Below are positions 30,613-38,804 of a stretch of 39,771 nucleotides of DNA, piece by piece; positions within the stretch are counted from its first letter, which is position 1, and each line of letters opens with the position of its first letter. The notes under the pieces were generated by a model, which saw only the letters and a list, made by a program, of their open reading frames with translations, did no database searches and was not told the DNA's origin. Origin of the DNA: a virus; IMG/VR virus record IMGVR_UViG_3300045988_007823; one strand, 5' to 3'. Both the position numbers and the translations under genes were made by a program.

Positions 30613-30892
30613 TGTTCTTCCTTTCTCCGTAACTACAAAAATCATTATCGTTTGTTGTGAACGGTGTGTGCCAGCATCCACAATCACACCGCTCGTCTTC
30701 CGGGTCTCGGTGTTTGCAGTCCTTGCAATGCACGACCGGCTCATACCCGAGCTGCGCGGCCATACGCTTAAACTGGCTGCGGGTGGGGCGGTCAATCTCG
30801 ACCGTCGGAATCTTTTTCATTTCCTCGATTACGAGATCGGAAACGTATATTCCGTTCTGCGGGCTTTCTGCGTCAATCAAGCGCATTTTCAT
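30590..30892 (-). CDS. Cys-rich zinc-ribbon-type protein of 100 aa, paralog of 30316..30612.
   Basis: It contains VVHCKDCKHRDPEDERCDCGCW...DFCSYGERK. Confidence 0.6.
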   Translation of the reverse strand: MKMRLIDAESPQNGIYVSDLVIEEMKKIPTVEIDRPTRSQFKRMAAQLGYEPVVHCKDCKHRDPEDERCDCGCWHTPFTTNDNDFCSYGERKNNGSEDRA

Positions 30893-31766
30893 AATCCTCC
30901 CAAATGTTTACTTGTCCCGGAAGAACGCCGTCCTCCATCCACCAGTGGAACACGTCTTCTCCTGTTCCCCAGCGCATATCGTTAGCCTTCCCGCTGGCTT
31001 TTCGCGCTTCGAGCATTCGCTCGAAAGCTCGTATGTAATTCCTTTGATATGCAGGATATCGAGCAAATTCGGCGTAACGATTTTTCCTCGCCACTGGGCA
31101 TCCTACGCAACCAACGCGGCAGAAGCCCTCGTTGTACAACGGGTTCACTTCGACCTTTTGATCGGTAAGGTAATCCCACACGTCACGATCCGTCCAGTCG
31201 ATGATGGGATTGCAGACACGCTTGCCTTTCATCTGGCAATTTTCAAAAAGCTGTCGGTCTTCCTCGTTGTCATTGTTTAGGATTAGTTTTTTCTTACGGT
31301 CAGAATTTTGCACTTCCAGCGCCCCACTGGTTGTTGCTCTTTTGGTAGATTCTGCCCACCGGACACCTGTGACGACGAATCGGTCTTTGCCTGCTGTTTC
31401 TTTCAATACCGCGCAGCAATATCGTGCAATTCGCGTCGGCGGCATGAGTTTCTTCGGTATCAAGTCCCACATCGAAGTGCGTTTCCCCTGATATGTCGGA
31501 AGAATTATCGTGTACTTGATGCCTTTTTCTTCGTACTCTTTGGCGCGTTTTCGCACGTGATATACCGTCTCTGGCGCGTCCGCTGTCGTATGGGAATGGC
31601 ATATTTCAAACGGGATTCCGGCATTTTCGGCGAGCTTACAGATTACAGCGCTATCTTTGCCGCCGCTGTCGGTCAGCAGTAGCGGCTGCTTATACAGTTT
31701 CAACGACATTTGCGATGCAAGATGCAGACGCTCCATTGCGGTCTGTTCCAAATCCGTCATTGCCAT
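30873..31766 (-). CDS. PAPS reductase-family PP-loop ATP pyrophosphatase (IbrA/DndC-like) with a C-terminal Cys cluster.
   Basis: It has the SGGKDS PP-loop motif (LLLTDSGGKDSAV) and the C-terminal CRVGCVGCP. The start is set at ATG 31766, after a GGGGGG/GGTG-rich RBS. Confidence 0.8.
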   Translation of the reverse strand: MAMTDLEQTAMERLHLASQMSLKLYKQPLLLTDSGGKDSAVICKLAENAGIPFEICHSHTTADAPETVYHVRKRAKEYEEKGIKYTIILPTYQGKRTSMWDLIPKKLMPPTRIARYCCAVLKETAGKDRFVVTGVRWAESTKRATTSGALEVQNSDRKKKLILNNDNEEDRQLFENCQMKGKRVCNPIIDWTDRDVWDYLTDQKVEVNPLYNEGFCRVGCVGCPVARKNRYAEFARYPAYQRNYIRAFERMLEARKASGKANDMRWGTGEDVFHWWMEDGVLPGQVNIWEDYENALD

Positions 31767-31823
31767 TCCGAACACCCCCCATTCCACCGCCACACACAGC
31801 GGTGGCATTTGCCATAGCAGGGT

Positions 31824-32018
31824 TTATACATCAGCTTCTACCTCGCTTTCGAGCCATTTTCTTATGTCCTCCTCGGGAAACTCTACGAGCGTGCAAAGGT
31901 TGGAAAATGGGCAGACGGTGCAGTTGAGCTTATCCGGGAAAACGCATTCTTCCGTCTGCGCAATATAGACTAACAAGTCGCACACGATTTTCTCACGGTT
32001 CGTCATTGTGTTCATCAT
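31824..32018 (-). CDS. Small Cys-containing hypothetical protein, 64 aa.
   Basis: The ORF is on the operon strand and is closely packed with its neighbours. Confidence 0.5.
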   Translation of the reverse strand: MMNTMTNREKIVCDLLVYIAQTEECVFPDKLNCTVCPFSNLCTLVEFPEEDIRKWLESEVEADV

Positions 32019-32124
32019 TTCTCTGATAGCAATTCAGCAGCGGGTCTGTCGTTTCGCAGAAGCAGCAGGGCTTTCCGTCCGCAGCGCTCGGGGGGTAGTG
32101 GATGCAGGATTCACATTCGTTCAT
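31993..32124 (-). CDS. Small Cys-rich protein of 43 aa (MNECESCIHYPP...CCFCE..).
   Basis: The start is chosen at ATG 32124, after GGTGG. Longer upstream starts lack an RBS. Confidence 0.45.
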   Translation of the reverse strand: MNECESCIHYPPSAADGKPCCFCETTDPLLNCYQRNDEHNDEP

Positions 32125-32263
32125 GCTTACCACCATCCGAAAATTTTGCCCGCCACCATGACCCACAGTGCGTCGGATATGCAAAGCAGAGCATTCACGA
32201 GCGCGTGAGCAGCACTGTCATCATAGCTTGGAAGGCGCAGTCGCATTATCAAATACAGGATAC

Positions 32264-32554
32264 TCATTCCGCACCGTCCATTCGTGCGCCGCAGTTGGGA
32301 CAGTAGTTTGAAACATTGCAGAATGGCATTGCCTCGTACATTTCAGCGTTGTAATCGCGGTCTCCGCATTCAGAGCATTCAAACCACGATACCCATCTAC
32401 CCAAACTCCATGTTTTCTTTTCAAGCCACCGCCCATGCCGTACCGGTGCAACTTCGATTGCGTGTTCACACGGTTCTGCATTCCTATCTCGGATAGGGCA
32501 ATTAACGCATTTCGTTTGATAACCTTGTTCGCAAATCAACCATGATTCAGCCAT
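32264..32554 (-). CDS. Double zinc-ribbon protein, 96 aa.
   Basis: It contains CVNCP...RHGRW...CSECG....YCPNCGARMDG, a pattern common in Firmicutes phage early genes. Confidence 0.6.
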   Translation of the reverse strand: MAESWLICEQGYQTKCVNCPIRDRNAEPCEHAIEVAPVRHGRWLEKKTWSLGRWVSWFECSECGDRDYNAEMYEAMPFCNVSNYCPNCGARMDGAE

Positions 32555-32972
32555 CGTTTTCTCCTTTCAGCGGTTCGGGAAGCGGCATCCAATGAGTAAC
32601 AGCGCAATCAACCGGGTTGTTGTAAATATCGTCCGGCGTGAACTGTCGATTTTCCCACCATCCTTCCGGAACAAAATAATCGTCATTTTCTTCGCTGTAC
32701 GTCCCGTAGTTTTCCAGCTCGTACCAATTCCAGATACTGTCTTGCGTCAATACTGTTCCGTCCTCGTAGATTGCAGGGCAGACAAAACGGTACCCGTTTC
32801 TGTCACAAGCGACCAAAACTTCGGTTTCGACCTCCGGCAATCTGCCCTTGACGCTGATCCATTGCGGGACAGAGACGGCGGGAAGCTCCATTATGGACTG
32901 TACGTTTTTTGCGCTGCACCCGTCCTGTATCAATCGCATAACCGCCGCTTCGCGTTCTATGTATTCAGCCAT
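32547..32972 (-). CDS. DUF551-like protein.
   Basis: It contains WISVKGRLPE....VLVA...... and the C-terminal VTHWMPLPEP motif. Confidence 0.65.
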   Translation of the reverse strand: MAEYIEREAAVMRLIQDGCSAKNVQSIMELPAVSVPQWISVKGRLPEVETEVLVACDRNGYRFVCPAIYEDGTVLTQDSIWNWYELENYGTYSEENDDYFVPEGWWENRQFTPDDIYNNPVDCAVTHWMPLPEPLKGENDG

Positions 32973-33195
32973 TGTCAGCCCTCCTATTCCATGCTTCGAT
33001 TGCTTTTTCCGGCGTAGAGAAAAGCCGTGTTTGCTGATAAGAAAAACAGAGGTCGTTGTCGCAAATCACTCGATATTTTTTGATGTGCTCAATCAAGCCG
33101 TCATCGGATTCTACTGCGGCGGGCAGATCGCAAAAAACAATCTCCCTGATGTACGGGTTACCGCCGCAGAATGGGCAATGTTTAAGTTTCTCCAT
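32965..33195 (-). CDS. Lar-family restriction alleviation-like protein, 76 aa.
   Basis: MEKLKHCPFCGG......EKAIEAWNRRA is the Lar-family pattern. ATG 33201 is an alternative start. Confidence 0.65.
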   Translation of the reverse strand: MEKLKHCPFCGGNPYIREIVFCDLPAAVESDDGLIEHIKKYRVICDNDLCFSYQQTRLFSTPEKAIEAWNRRADNG

Positions 33196-33451
33196 TGTCA
33201 TCGCTCCAATCAATCGCCTGTCCGCATTGATCGCAGTACGGAGCCCATGCGACAACGACCTGTCCACACAATTGGCAGTCGGCAAACTTTGCTCCATTGG
33301 GGTACGTCCGAATGTCAAGCGGCGTCTTCGGAATCTGCTTGTCCAGCGCCTCTTCCGCTTTCTTGAACGCTTCCGTATAGTCCAGCGGGTAGTTCCATTC
33401 AGCTTCGGCAGCGGCGACGCGGAGAATTTCTTTTGCTTCTTCGTAGGTCAT
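33182..33451 (-). CDS. Hypothetical protein of 89 aa with a C-terminal zinc-ribbon.
   Basis: ATGA overlap with the upstream gene. It contains CQLCG....CDQCG. Only the last 89 codons of the 270-aa track ORF are taken. Confidence 0.55.
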   Translation of the reverse strand: MTYEEAKEILRVAAAEAEWNYPLDYTEAFKKAEEALDKQIPKTPLDIRTYPNGAKFADCQLCGQVVVAWAPYCDQCGQAIDWSDDNGET

Positions 33452-34089
33452 GTAATCAGCTCCTTTTCGTATTTGCAAAACGACATGTCGCAGTCCTTTC
33501 TGTCGGCGCACACGCTGCATCCGTGCGCTTTGGAGAAGCGGAAATACTCTGCGGCGGTTCTTGCCGGGTAAACCTTGCGGGCAGGGGCCGGTTTCGCGCT
33601 TTTCGGCTTCCTGACTTCCACAGGCGCTTTTTTCGGCTTTCTGCCCTGCCTCATGTGTTCGGCTCTGGCCGCTCTCACTTCGTTTGCGAGACAGCCGCAG
33701 GATCGCGTTTGTCCGTAAATGATGTTGTTCTGCATGATGACTTTTTCCGTTCCGCAGTCGCAGCGGACGCGCCAGAAAATAAAGCTCTTCCTGTCCGGCA
33801 CATCGGCGAGACCGAGGACGACGAGCCGCCCGAACCGCTGACCTGTCAGGTCTTTTCTCGGTCTTGCTTTCCGAGCTTCCCTTGCCTTTTCGAGCTTTGC
33901 CCGCGAAGCGTCGGAGTTCAGACAGCCGCAGGATTTTGTTTTTCCGCTCCGCAGAGAATAACCGGCAATTACTTTTTCGTTTCCGCAATCGCATTTGCAG
34001 AGCCAGTGTGCGCCGTCGTGCTCGGAGTGGTCGTATCGTATGACCGTCAGGCTTCCGAAGCGCTGCCCGGTCAGGTCAATTCGTTTCAT
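33448..34089 (-). CDS. Protein with two copies of the LTGQRFG.L.V...W.C.CDCG....SCGC zinc-finger module and a basic linker.
   Basis: 213 aa with a clear internal duplication. Confidence 0.65.
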   Translation of the reverse strand: MKRIDLTGQRFGSLTVIRYDHSEHDGAHWLCKCDCGNEKVIAGYSLRSGKTKSCGCLNSDASRAKLEKAREARKARPRKDLTGQRFGRLVVLGLADVPDRKSFIFWRVRCDCGTEKVIMQNNIIYGQTRSCGCLANEVRAARAEHMRQGRKPKKAPVEVRKPKSAKPAPARKVYPARTAAEYFRFSKAHGCSVCADRKDCDMSFCKYEKELIT

Positions 34090-34520
34090 CCGAGCCTCCG
34101 CTTGGCGTAGAGTGCCATGAGTAAAGATTCCGCCATTCCGTCATGCTCCTTGCGGCAGCGCTGCGGGATGAGATTCACGCCGGGGAAGAGCCGCTTGCAG
34201 ACCTCGATGGACGTGTTCTTGTCCGCCGTGACGGAAAATTCCTTTTTCCACTTCTGAGGGCGGACGAGCTCATACGGTATCTCGTAGGCTTCGAGCATCC
34301 CTTGCAGCCAGCCGAAGTTTTCCCCGAAGTGGAACATGGACACGCTTCCGTTCTTCGGCATCACGCCGACGTGCTCCAAGCAGCACACCGCCTTTTCCCC
34401 GCGAAGATCGGATAGGACGCAGCGGTAGGTGTCTCGGTCGTACCGGAACGTCTGGACTTCCTCACCCTGCAGAATGGCGAGGCCGCCGTTCTTGCCGGGG
34501 TCTATGCCGATGTAGATCAT
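34086..34520 (-). CDS. RuvC-like Holliday junction resolvase.
   Basis: MIYIGIDPGKNGGLAIL is the N-terminal catalytic Asp motif. Its size is 144 aa. Confidence 0.75.
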   Translation of the reverse strand: MIYIGIDPGKNGGLAILQGEEVQTFRYDRDTYRCVLSDLRGEKAVCCLEHVGVMPKNGSVSMFHFGENFGWLQGMLEAYEIPYELVRPQKWKKEFSVTADKNTSIEVCKRLFPGVNLIPQRCRKEHDGMAESLLMALYAKRRLG

Positions 34521-35176
34521 TCTTCCGCCTCTACGATCTCGCCGTTGCAGAGAGTGTAAAATACATCCGCCTTGATGATCTCACCATCCACCTGATACGA
34601 CTTAACGCAGATGCAAGGGTATCCATCGCCGTCCCATTCGCCGTACTCGGCGAGAGTACACCATGTACCAACGGGAGCCTTGATCTTCCCGCGCTTGCCG
34701 ATAGCCGCCGCGACGCCGTGGACATTCTCGATCACAATTCTTGCGGCATCGCCGGAACTGCCGATCTGCGCGTATCTGCCGGAACTGCCGATCTTCGCGG
34801 CATCGGAAACGTCAACGTCCTCCGGCTTCGGCATTTTCTTAATCGTTTTCTCAAAAAGAAAATCAACGCACGCCTGAATAAAGCCGGAAAAGCCAAGCTT
34901 TACGCCGATTTTAATCGTGCTGGTTGCGAATTTCTTGTCGTCATCCGTTACCGGAGGATCGATAACTTCCACGGTTGTAAAGTCGCTGAACTGTCCGTCC
35001 GGTCGGACAAGCGGGTAATGGTCTAAAACGTCGAACGGATTAACACAGTAGTGTGTTACGCCCGGAACGCAGATGCCGTGACCGGATTTTTTGCAAACCG
35101 TGTTCTCTTCGTATTTGTGTCCACGGCAGATCAAGCCGGGTTCATAGGCTTTAAAGCCGTGCATATTATCGCTCAT
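34517..35176 (-). CDS. Conserved phage hypothetical protein (GFKAY..GL.CRG..YEE...C..G.H.C.NP.DV motif).
   Basis: 219 aa. ATGA overlaps on both sides. Confidence 0.6.
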   Translation of the reverse strand: MSDNMHGFKAYEPGLICRGHKYEENTVCKKSGHGICVPGVTHYCVNPFDVLDHYPLVRPDGQFSDFTTVEVIDPPVTDDDKKFATSTIKIGVKLGFSGFIQACVDFLFEKTIKKMPKPEDVDVSDAAKIGSSGRYAQIGSSGDAARIVIENVHGVAAAIGKRGKIKAPVGTWCTLAEYGEWDGDGYPCICVKSYQVDGEIIKADVFYTLCNGEIVEAEE

Positions 35177-35889
35177 GGTCTTTCCTCCTCGTTTGGTTTA
35201 TTTTCAAGATTTGCTAAAATTCTTCGTAGCCGCTCTGAATCGTCTTCATGCGGCATACGGGCGGGAGCGGTTTTCTTCGGCGCTTCCGGCTCGTCCTTGA
35301 GCGGGAAAACACCCTGCCATCCTCTCTGGATGCTCTGGTTGAGTATGGCGATCTTCTTCTCGTCATTGCCGGGTGCGAGCTTTTCCAGTTCGGAAAGCGT
35401 GAGAGCAATGGCGCGGTCGGTAAGCGGTTTGCGCATCTTTTTCCGCATTTCCGCAAAATCGTTCAAAGCCACATCCAGCGCGGAAGCGCCTTCATGTTTT
35501 TCCTCGTCAGAGGGAAAACATCTGTCTTTGTCCTTGTCTTTGTCTTTGTCTTTGTCCTTGTCCTTGTCCTTGTCATTGGCTTTTTTGGGTTTTTCAAAAA
35601 AGGCTTGGGTTTTTTGGGTTTCTGAATTAACCGGCGGCTTTTTCGGTCTGCCGCCTTTTTTCCCGTTTTCTGACTGCCGCGCACAGAAGTCGTCGTAACT
35701 GCCCTTATCCCTATCTATCTGCCACTTCATCTGCGGAAAAACAAAACGCTCGTTCCCGCGGAGGTCGGGGACTTCGCCCGTGCTGCTGTAAATTAGCAGC
35801 GCCGTGAAAAGTCGCCCGCGCTCCGCGTCGTTGAGTGGTTCAATCGCAGTAAGGTAGCTGTGATAGGCATTGAAGCTCTCTAATGCCAT
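35173..35889 (-). CDS. Replisome organizer/DnaD-like replication protein with an internal (Asp-Lys)8 linker.
   Basis: An N-terminal helical domain and a basic segment (GKKGGRPKK) are followed by the DK repeat and a C-terminal DnaD-like segment (..MRKPLTDRAIALTLSELEKL..). Confidence 0.65.
   Translation of the reverse strand: MALESFNAYHSYLTAIEPLNDAERGRLFTALLIYSSTGEVPDLRGNERFVFPQMKWQIDRDKGSYDDFCARQSENGKKGGRPKKPPVNSETQKTQAFFEKPKKANDKDKDKDKDKDKDKDKDRCFPSDEEKHEGASALDVALNDFAEMRKKMRKPLTDRAIALTLSELEKLAPGNDEKKIAILNQSIQRGWQGVFPLKDEPEAPKKTAPARMPHEDDSERLRRILANLENKPNEEERP
35524..35571. repeat. Eight tandem hexanucleotide units (GTCTTT/GTCCTT) encoding (Asp-Lys)8.
   Basis: The tandem repeat is directly visible inside the replisome organizer gene. 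Confidence 0.9.
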
Positions 35890-35901
35890 TGTGCGCCCCC
35901 G

Positions 35902-36282
35902 TCAGAACGGAAGCTGTCCGTCATCCTCGACCGGCTCCAAGCTAGCCGCCCGTTCGTAGGCTTCCTTCTGGTCGGGCTTCTTGCCGCCGCAGAAACTGAC
36001 TTCTTCGGCAACGATCTCCGTTGACCGGCGGGCGTTGCCGTTCTTGTCCGTCCAATCGCGGTTCTGGATGCGCCCGCGGACGCAGATCATGTCGCCCTTG
36101 GAAAACCACTTGGAGACGAATTCGCCCGTCTTTCGCCATGCGGTTATGTCGAAAAAGTCTGTGCCATCCTTGAAGCGGTCAACGGCGATTGCAAACGACG
36201 TGACCGGCGTGTTGTTCGGCGTGTAACGCTTCTCCGGGTCTCGTGTAAGGCGTCCCATGAGGACGCAGGTGTTCATTGCCAT
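35902..36282 (-). CDS. ssb: Single-stranded DNA-binding protein.
   Basis: It has an OB-fold N-terminus (NTCVLMGRLTRDPE...) and the acidic tip DDGQLPF. Confidence 0.9.
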   Translation of the reverse strand: MAMNTCVLMGRLTRDPEKRYTPNNTPVTSFAIAVDRFKDGTDFFDITAWRKTGEFVSKWFSKGDMICVRGRIQNRDWTDKNGNARRSTEIVAEEVSFCGGKKPDQKEAYERAASLEPVEDDGQLPF

Positions 36283-36605
36283 CTTGGATCATCCTTTCGG
36301 TAGATTAAATTTCGTTCGTCCCAGCATCGATAGTGGGCTTTCAAATAGTCGCGGCAGTAGTGTCCGATTTCCTGTCGCATCGTTGCCGTGCCGTTGTCGA
36401 AGGCGTCGTGGCAGAGGCGGCAGAGGGTCAGGACGTTTTCCTCGATCCCCAATCCACCGCGGGAACGTGGGATATAGTGGGCTTCGGGGAAAGCGTAAAT
36501 GGATTTGCAGTAAACGCAGCAGTGGTTGTCGCGCTCCCACACGCGTTTCTTCACCGCCGGGGAGATCGCGCACGCCTTAGCGCGTTTGCTTGAGATTCTT
36601 TTCAC
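36273..36605 (-). CDS. HNH endonuclease.
   Basis: GTG 36605 lies 5 nt after GGGAGGGAAAAC. It contains CCVYC...HYIPRSRGG...N...LCRLCH. Confidence 0.75.
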   Translation of the reverse strand: MKRISSKRAKACAISPAVKKRVWERDNHCCVYCKSIYAFPEAHYIPRSRGGLGIEENVLTLCRLCHDAFDNGTATMRQEIGHYCRDYLKAHYRCWDERNLIYRKDDPRWQ

Positions 36606-37107
36606 GTTTTCCCTCCCATTCCCCCAGCAGGGCGGCGAGCTTGTCCGGGGCCATTGTCTCGATACCAACGGCCTTTGCATCCTGTATCAGGTTGTCTATA
36701 AGGCGGCTCATCGTGGAGCTGGAAAATACCGATGAACCGCAGTAGAGGATCACATTCACGCAGTCGGGGATCTTGGACGCTGTGACCTCAGATTGCCAGC
36801 CGAGGCCGTTTGATGCCCAGACTTGCCGCAGCTCTTCCGCCGCCGCTGACTGGATGCAGACGATCTTCGTGTTCCCGCCAACGTCGCGGACGGCGCGGCG
36901 GTAGACTTCGGTCGCAGGAACGCCGGTAGCTTTGGCGAGCTTGTCGATCAATGCCCAGGCATAAGCGTTCGCGTCAAGGCTGCGTATGTTTTTGGGCTTG
37001 ATCTCATATTCCCCCGGCGTGAACGCATAGGCAAAGTGCCTCGCGTCCACGTCCGCGGTATGAAGCTTTAAGTAGCCGCCCTCCCAGACGGCGGAATCAA
37101 CCTTCAC
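36577..37107 (-). CDS. Hypothetical recombination-module protein.
   Basis: The start is chosen at GTG 37107, a GTGA overlap with the Rad52-like stop and preceded by GAGG. ATG 37164 is an alternative. Confidence 0.5.
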   Translation of the reverse strand: MKVDSAVWEGGYLKLHTADVDARHFAYAFTPGEYEIKPKNIRSLDANAYAWALIDKLAKATGVPATEVYRRAVRDVGGNTKIVCIQSAAAEELRQVWASNGLGWQSEVTASKIPDCVNVILYCGSSVFSSSTMSRLIDNLIQDAKAVGIETMAPDKLAALLGEWEGKREKNLKQTR

Positions 37108-37751
37108 TTCTTCAACCTCGGGTTCTTTCTCTGACAGTCGCGGCAGAGCGGTTTTCCGTACCATTTCACGCTGTAATCATGCACATCATCCTTGATCTCT
37201 GCTCCGCAGTCTGCGCAGATCATCGGAAGATCGGCATTCCCACCAATGATGATATTTGCGGGCTTTGCCGGAGGCGGCGCGGTGGTGTAATCTGCCGCTT
37301 CACCCGGCGCGGTATACTTGCTTCGGTCTTTGGCGTAATAAATGTCTGCCGCAAGGCCGAGCGCCTTAGAAGCAACGGAGATGGCGTCCGTGAGAGCCAT
37401 CTTGAAGCACTCATCGGATAGGTACGGCCCGTTCTTTTCCTGAGCGACAAGGGAGCTGCCGCCCGTTCCGGGGATTCCGTGAGACGCAACGCCGGTTTCT
37501 GGATCGACGTAAAATAAAAGAATGTCAAGGAAAACCGCGCGCTGCTGTGTGATGTTGTCATCAACGATTCGCTTGTCGGTGATTTCATACCACCAGCCAA
37601 CACCGCAGGGGCCGAACATTTCTGTCAGTTTCTTAATGCGCCACATAGGGTTAATGTCGCTGAATCCTTTCAAGCGTCCAGCGCTGATGGGCTTGATCGC
37701 TTCGTTCGGCACCGATCGGACGGCGTTATAAATGCTCATGTTCTCGCTCAT
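37104..37751 (-). CDS. Rad52/Sak-type single-strand annealing protein with a C-terminal zinc-ribbon.
   Basis: It contains ..GRLKGFSDINPMWRIKKLTEMFGPCGVGWWYEI.. and the C-terminal CADCG...CRDC. Confidence 0.7.
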   Translation of the reverse strand: MSENMSIYNAVRSVPNEAIKPISAGRLKGFSDINPMWRIKKLTEMFGPCGVGWWYEITDKRIVDDNITQQRAVFLDILLFYVDPETGVASHGIPGTGGSSLVAQEKNGPYLSDECFKMALTDAISVASKALGLAADIYYAKDRSKYTAPGEAADYTTAPPPAKPANIIIGGNADLPMICADCGAEIKDDVHDYSVKWYGKPLCRDCQRKNPRLKK

Positions 37752-37996
37752 TCCGCCGCCTCCTTTGCCTCCGCGAGCTTCTTCCGGAGATCGAAAAGCT
37801 CGGCTCTCAGATCGATGTTCTCTTTTTTCATCTCCCAGTAGTCATCGGCGAGGCGCGCCGCCTCGTTCTTCGCGGCTCTTTCTACGAGCTCGCGGTATTC
37901 CGCGACGGTGATTCTGACGGTAAACATTGCCGTGCTATCTCCGGTCTTTTCGTCGACGACGAAGCCGGTGTCAAATTCGTTTTTGTAGTAAGCCAT
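37748..37996 (-). CDS. Small coiled-coil hypothetical protein, 82 aa.
   Basis: ATG 37996 follows GAAAGGAG. ATGA overlap with the downstream gene. Confidence 0.5.
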   Translation of the reverse strand: MAYYKNEFDTGFVVDEKTGDSTAMFTVRITVAEYRELVERAAKNEAARLADDYWEMKKENIDLRAELFDLRKKLAEAKEAAE

Positions 37997-38009
37997 GTTT
38001 AAACTCCTT

Positions 38010-38501
38010 TCACTTAATTGTGATAGACGTGTTCTGCACGAGGCGAGCAAAATCAAACGCTGCGCCGCAAGTCAAGCGCTCTTTAACAGCGGTCTTGTTG
38101 ACTTCCGGCTCTTTGTATCGAAGCAGCTCTTCATTGCCAGAGGTCTGCGCCCACGCAACAAAGCAGTCATCAACTTCGACTGCGGAGGACTTGCGGAACG
38201 AAACGGCGCATTTTGCAGTCTGGAACTTCTCGCCCTGCAAGGCGTATGTAAGATAGTCTTTCAGTCGTTCGACTTTCTTCTCGGTTGTCTTGCGGCGGGC
38301 GGAAAGAGCCGCTTCCTCTTCTTTGAGGGCCTTTGCGTCGGCGGTAAGGTTCTTGATGCAACAGGCGATGTTCTCAACCTTTGCGTCCCGCTCCATCAGA
38401 AGCGCGTCTAACGCTTCATTGTCAACCGTAATCTCGCCCGTATCGGGATCAACCGCATTCACGAGCGCTTCGATGTTCTTGTCGATTTCGTAGAGTGTCA
38501 T
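38010..38501 (-). CDS. Siphovirus Gp157-like protein.
   Basis: 163 aa. MTLYEIDKNIEALV......coiled coil...KFQTAKCAVSFRKS matches the Gp157 family pattern. Confidence 0.65.
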   Translation of the reverse strand: MTLYEIDKNIEALVNAVDPDTGEITVDNEALDALLMERDAKVENIACCIKNLTADAKALKEEEAALSARRKTTEKKVERLKDYLTYALQGEKFQTAKCAVSFRKSSAVEVDDCFVAWAQTSGNEELLRYKEPEVNKTAVKERLTCGAAFDFARLVQNTSITIK

Positions 38502-38522
38502 TCCTTTTTGCCTCCATTGACA

Positions 38523-38804
38523 TTATTCAATTTCCTTTCCGTCAAAAATTTCGTTTAATGCTTTGATCTCTTCTTTGTTAAAATTGCAGAGTAAAAGCTC
38601 GTGGAAGCGGTCGCGGAGGTTCCGGGCGCAATCGTCGCAGTAGAATCCCTCGGCGTACTGCCCGCAGAGGGGACATTTGTTTCCCCATTCGATCCGGTCA
38701 GACCCACAGGTCGGGCAGCGCTCCCAGCCGTACCCTTCATCGGCGTAGACTACTGGGTAAAAACCGTCTTCGCCGCAGTCACGGCAGCGGCACGTTCTGG
38801 ACAC
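38523..38804 (-). CDS. Multi-zinc-ribbon protein, 93 aa.
   Basis: It has a GTG start downstream of AAAGGAGG. It contains CRCRDCG...CPTCG...CPLCG...CDDC. The longer ATG start would overlap the upstream gene extensively. Confidence 0.5.
   Translation of the reverse strand: MSRTCRCRDCGEDGFYPVVYADEGYGWERCPTCGSDRIEWGNKCPLCGQYAEGFYCDDCARNLRDRFHELLLCNFNKEEIKALNEIFDGKEIE

Noticed and set aside
29544-30632. 362-aa plus-strand ORF, and similar long antisense ORFs such as 16175..16972, 23949..24740, 21915..22835 and 35051..35698.
   Set aside because: They lie opposite coherent minus-strand operon genes, have no RBSs and show low-complexity Ser/Arg/Leu/Ala composition.
33182-33994. 270-aa minus-strand ORF.
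   Set aside because: Most of it is an alternative frame of the zinc-finger repeat gene 33448..34089 and is Arg/Lys/Ser-rich nonsense. Only the last 89 codons, from ATG 33451 with an ATGA overlap, look like a real gene.
35500-35600. A CRISPR-like or other array suggested by the short tandem repeats.
   Set aside because: The units are 6 nt with no spacers and lie in frame inside a gene, so this is a coding microsatellite. No CRISPR repeat-spacer structure exists anywhere in the window.
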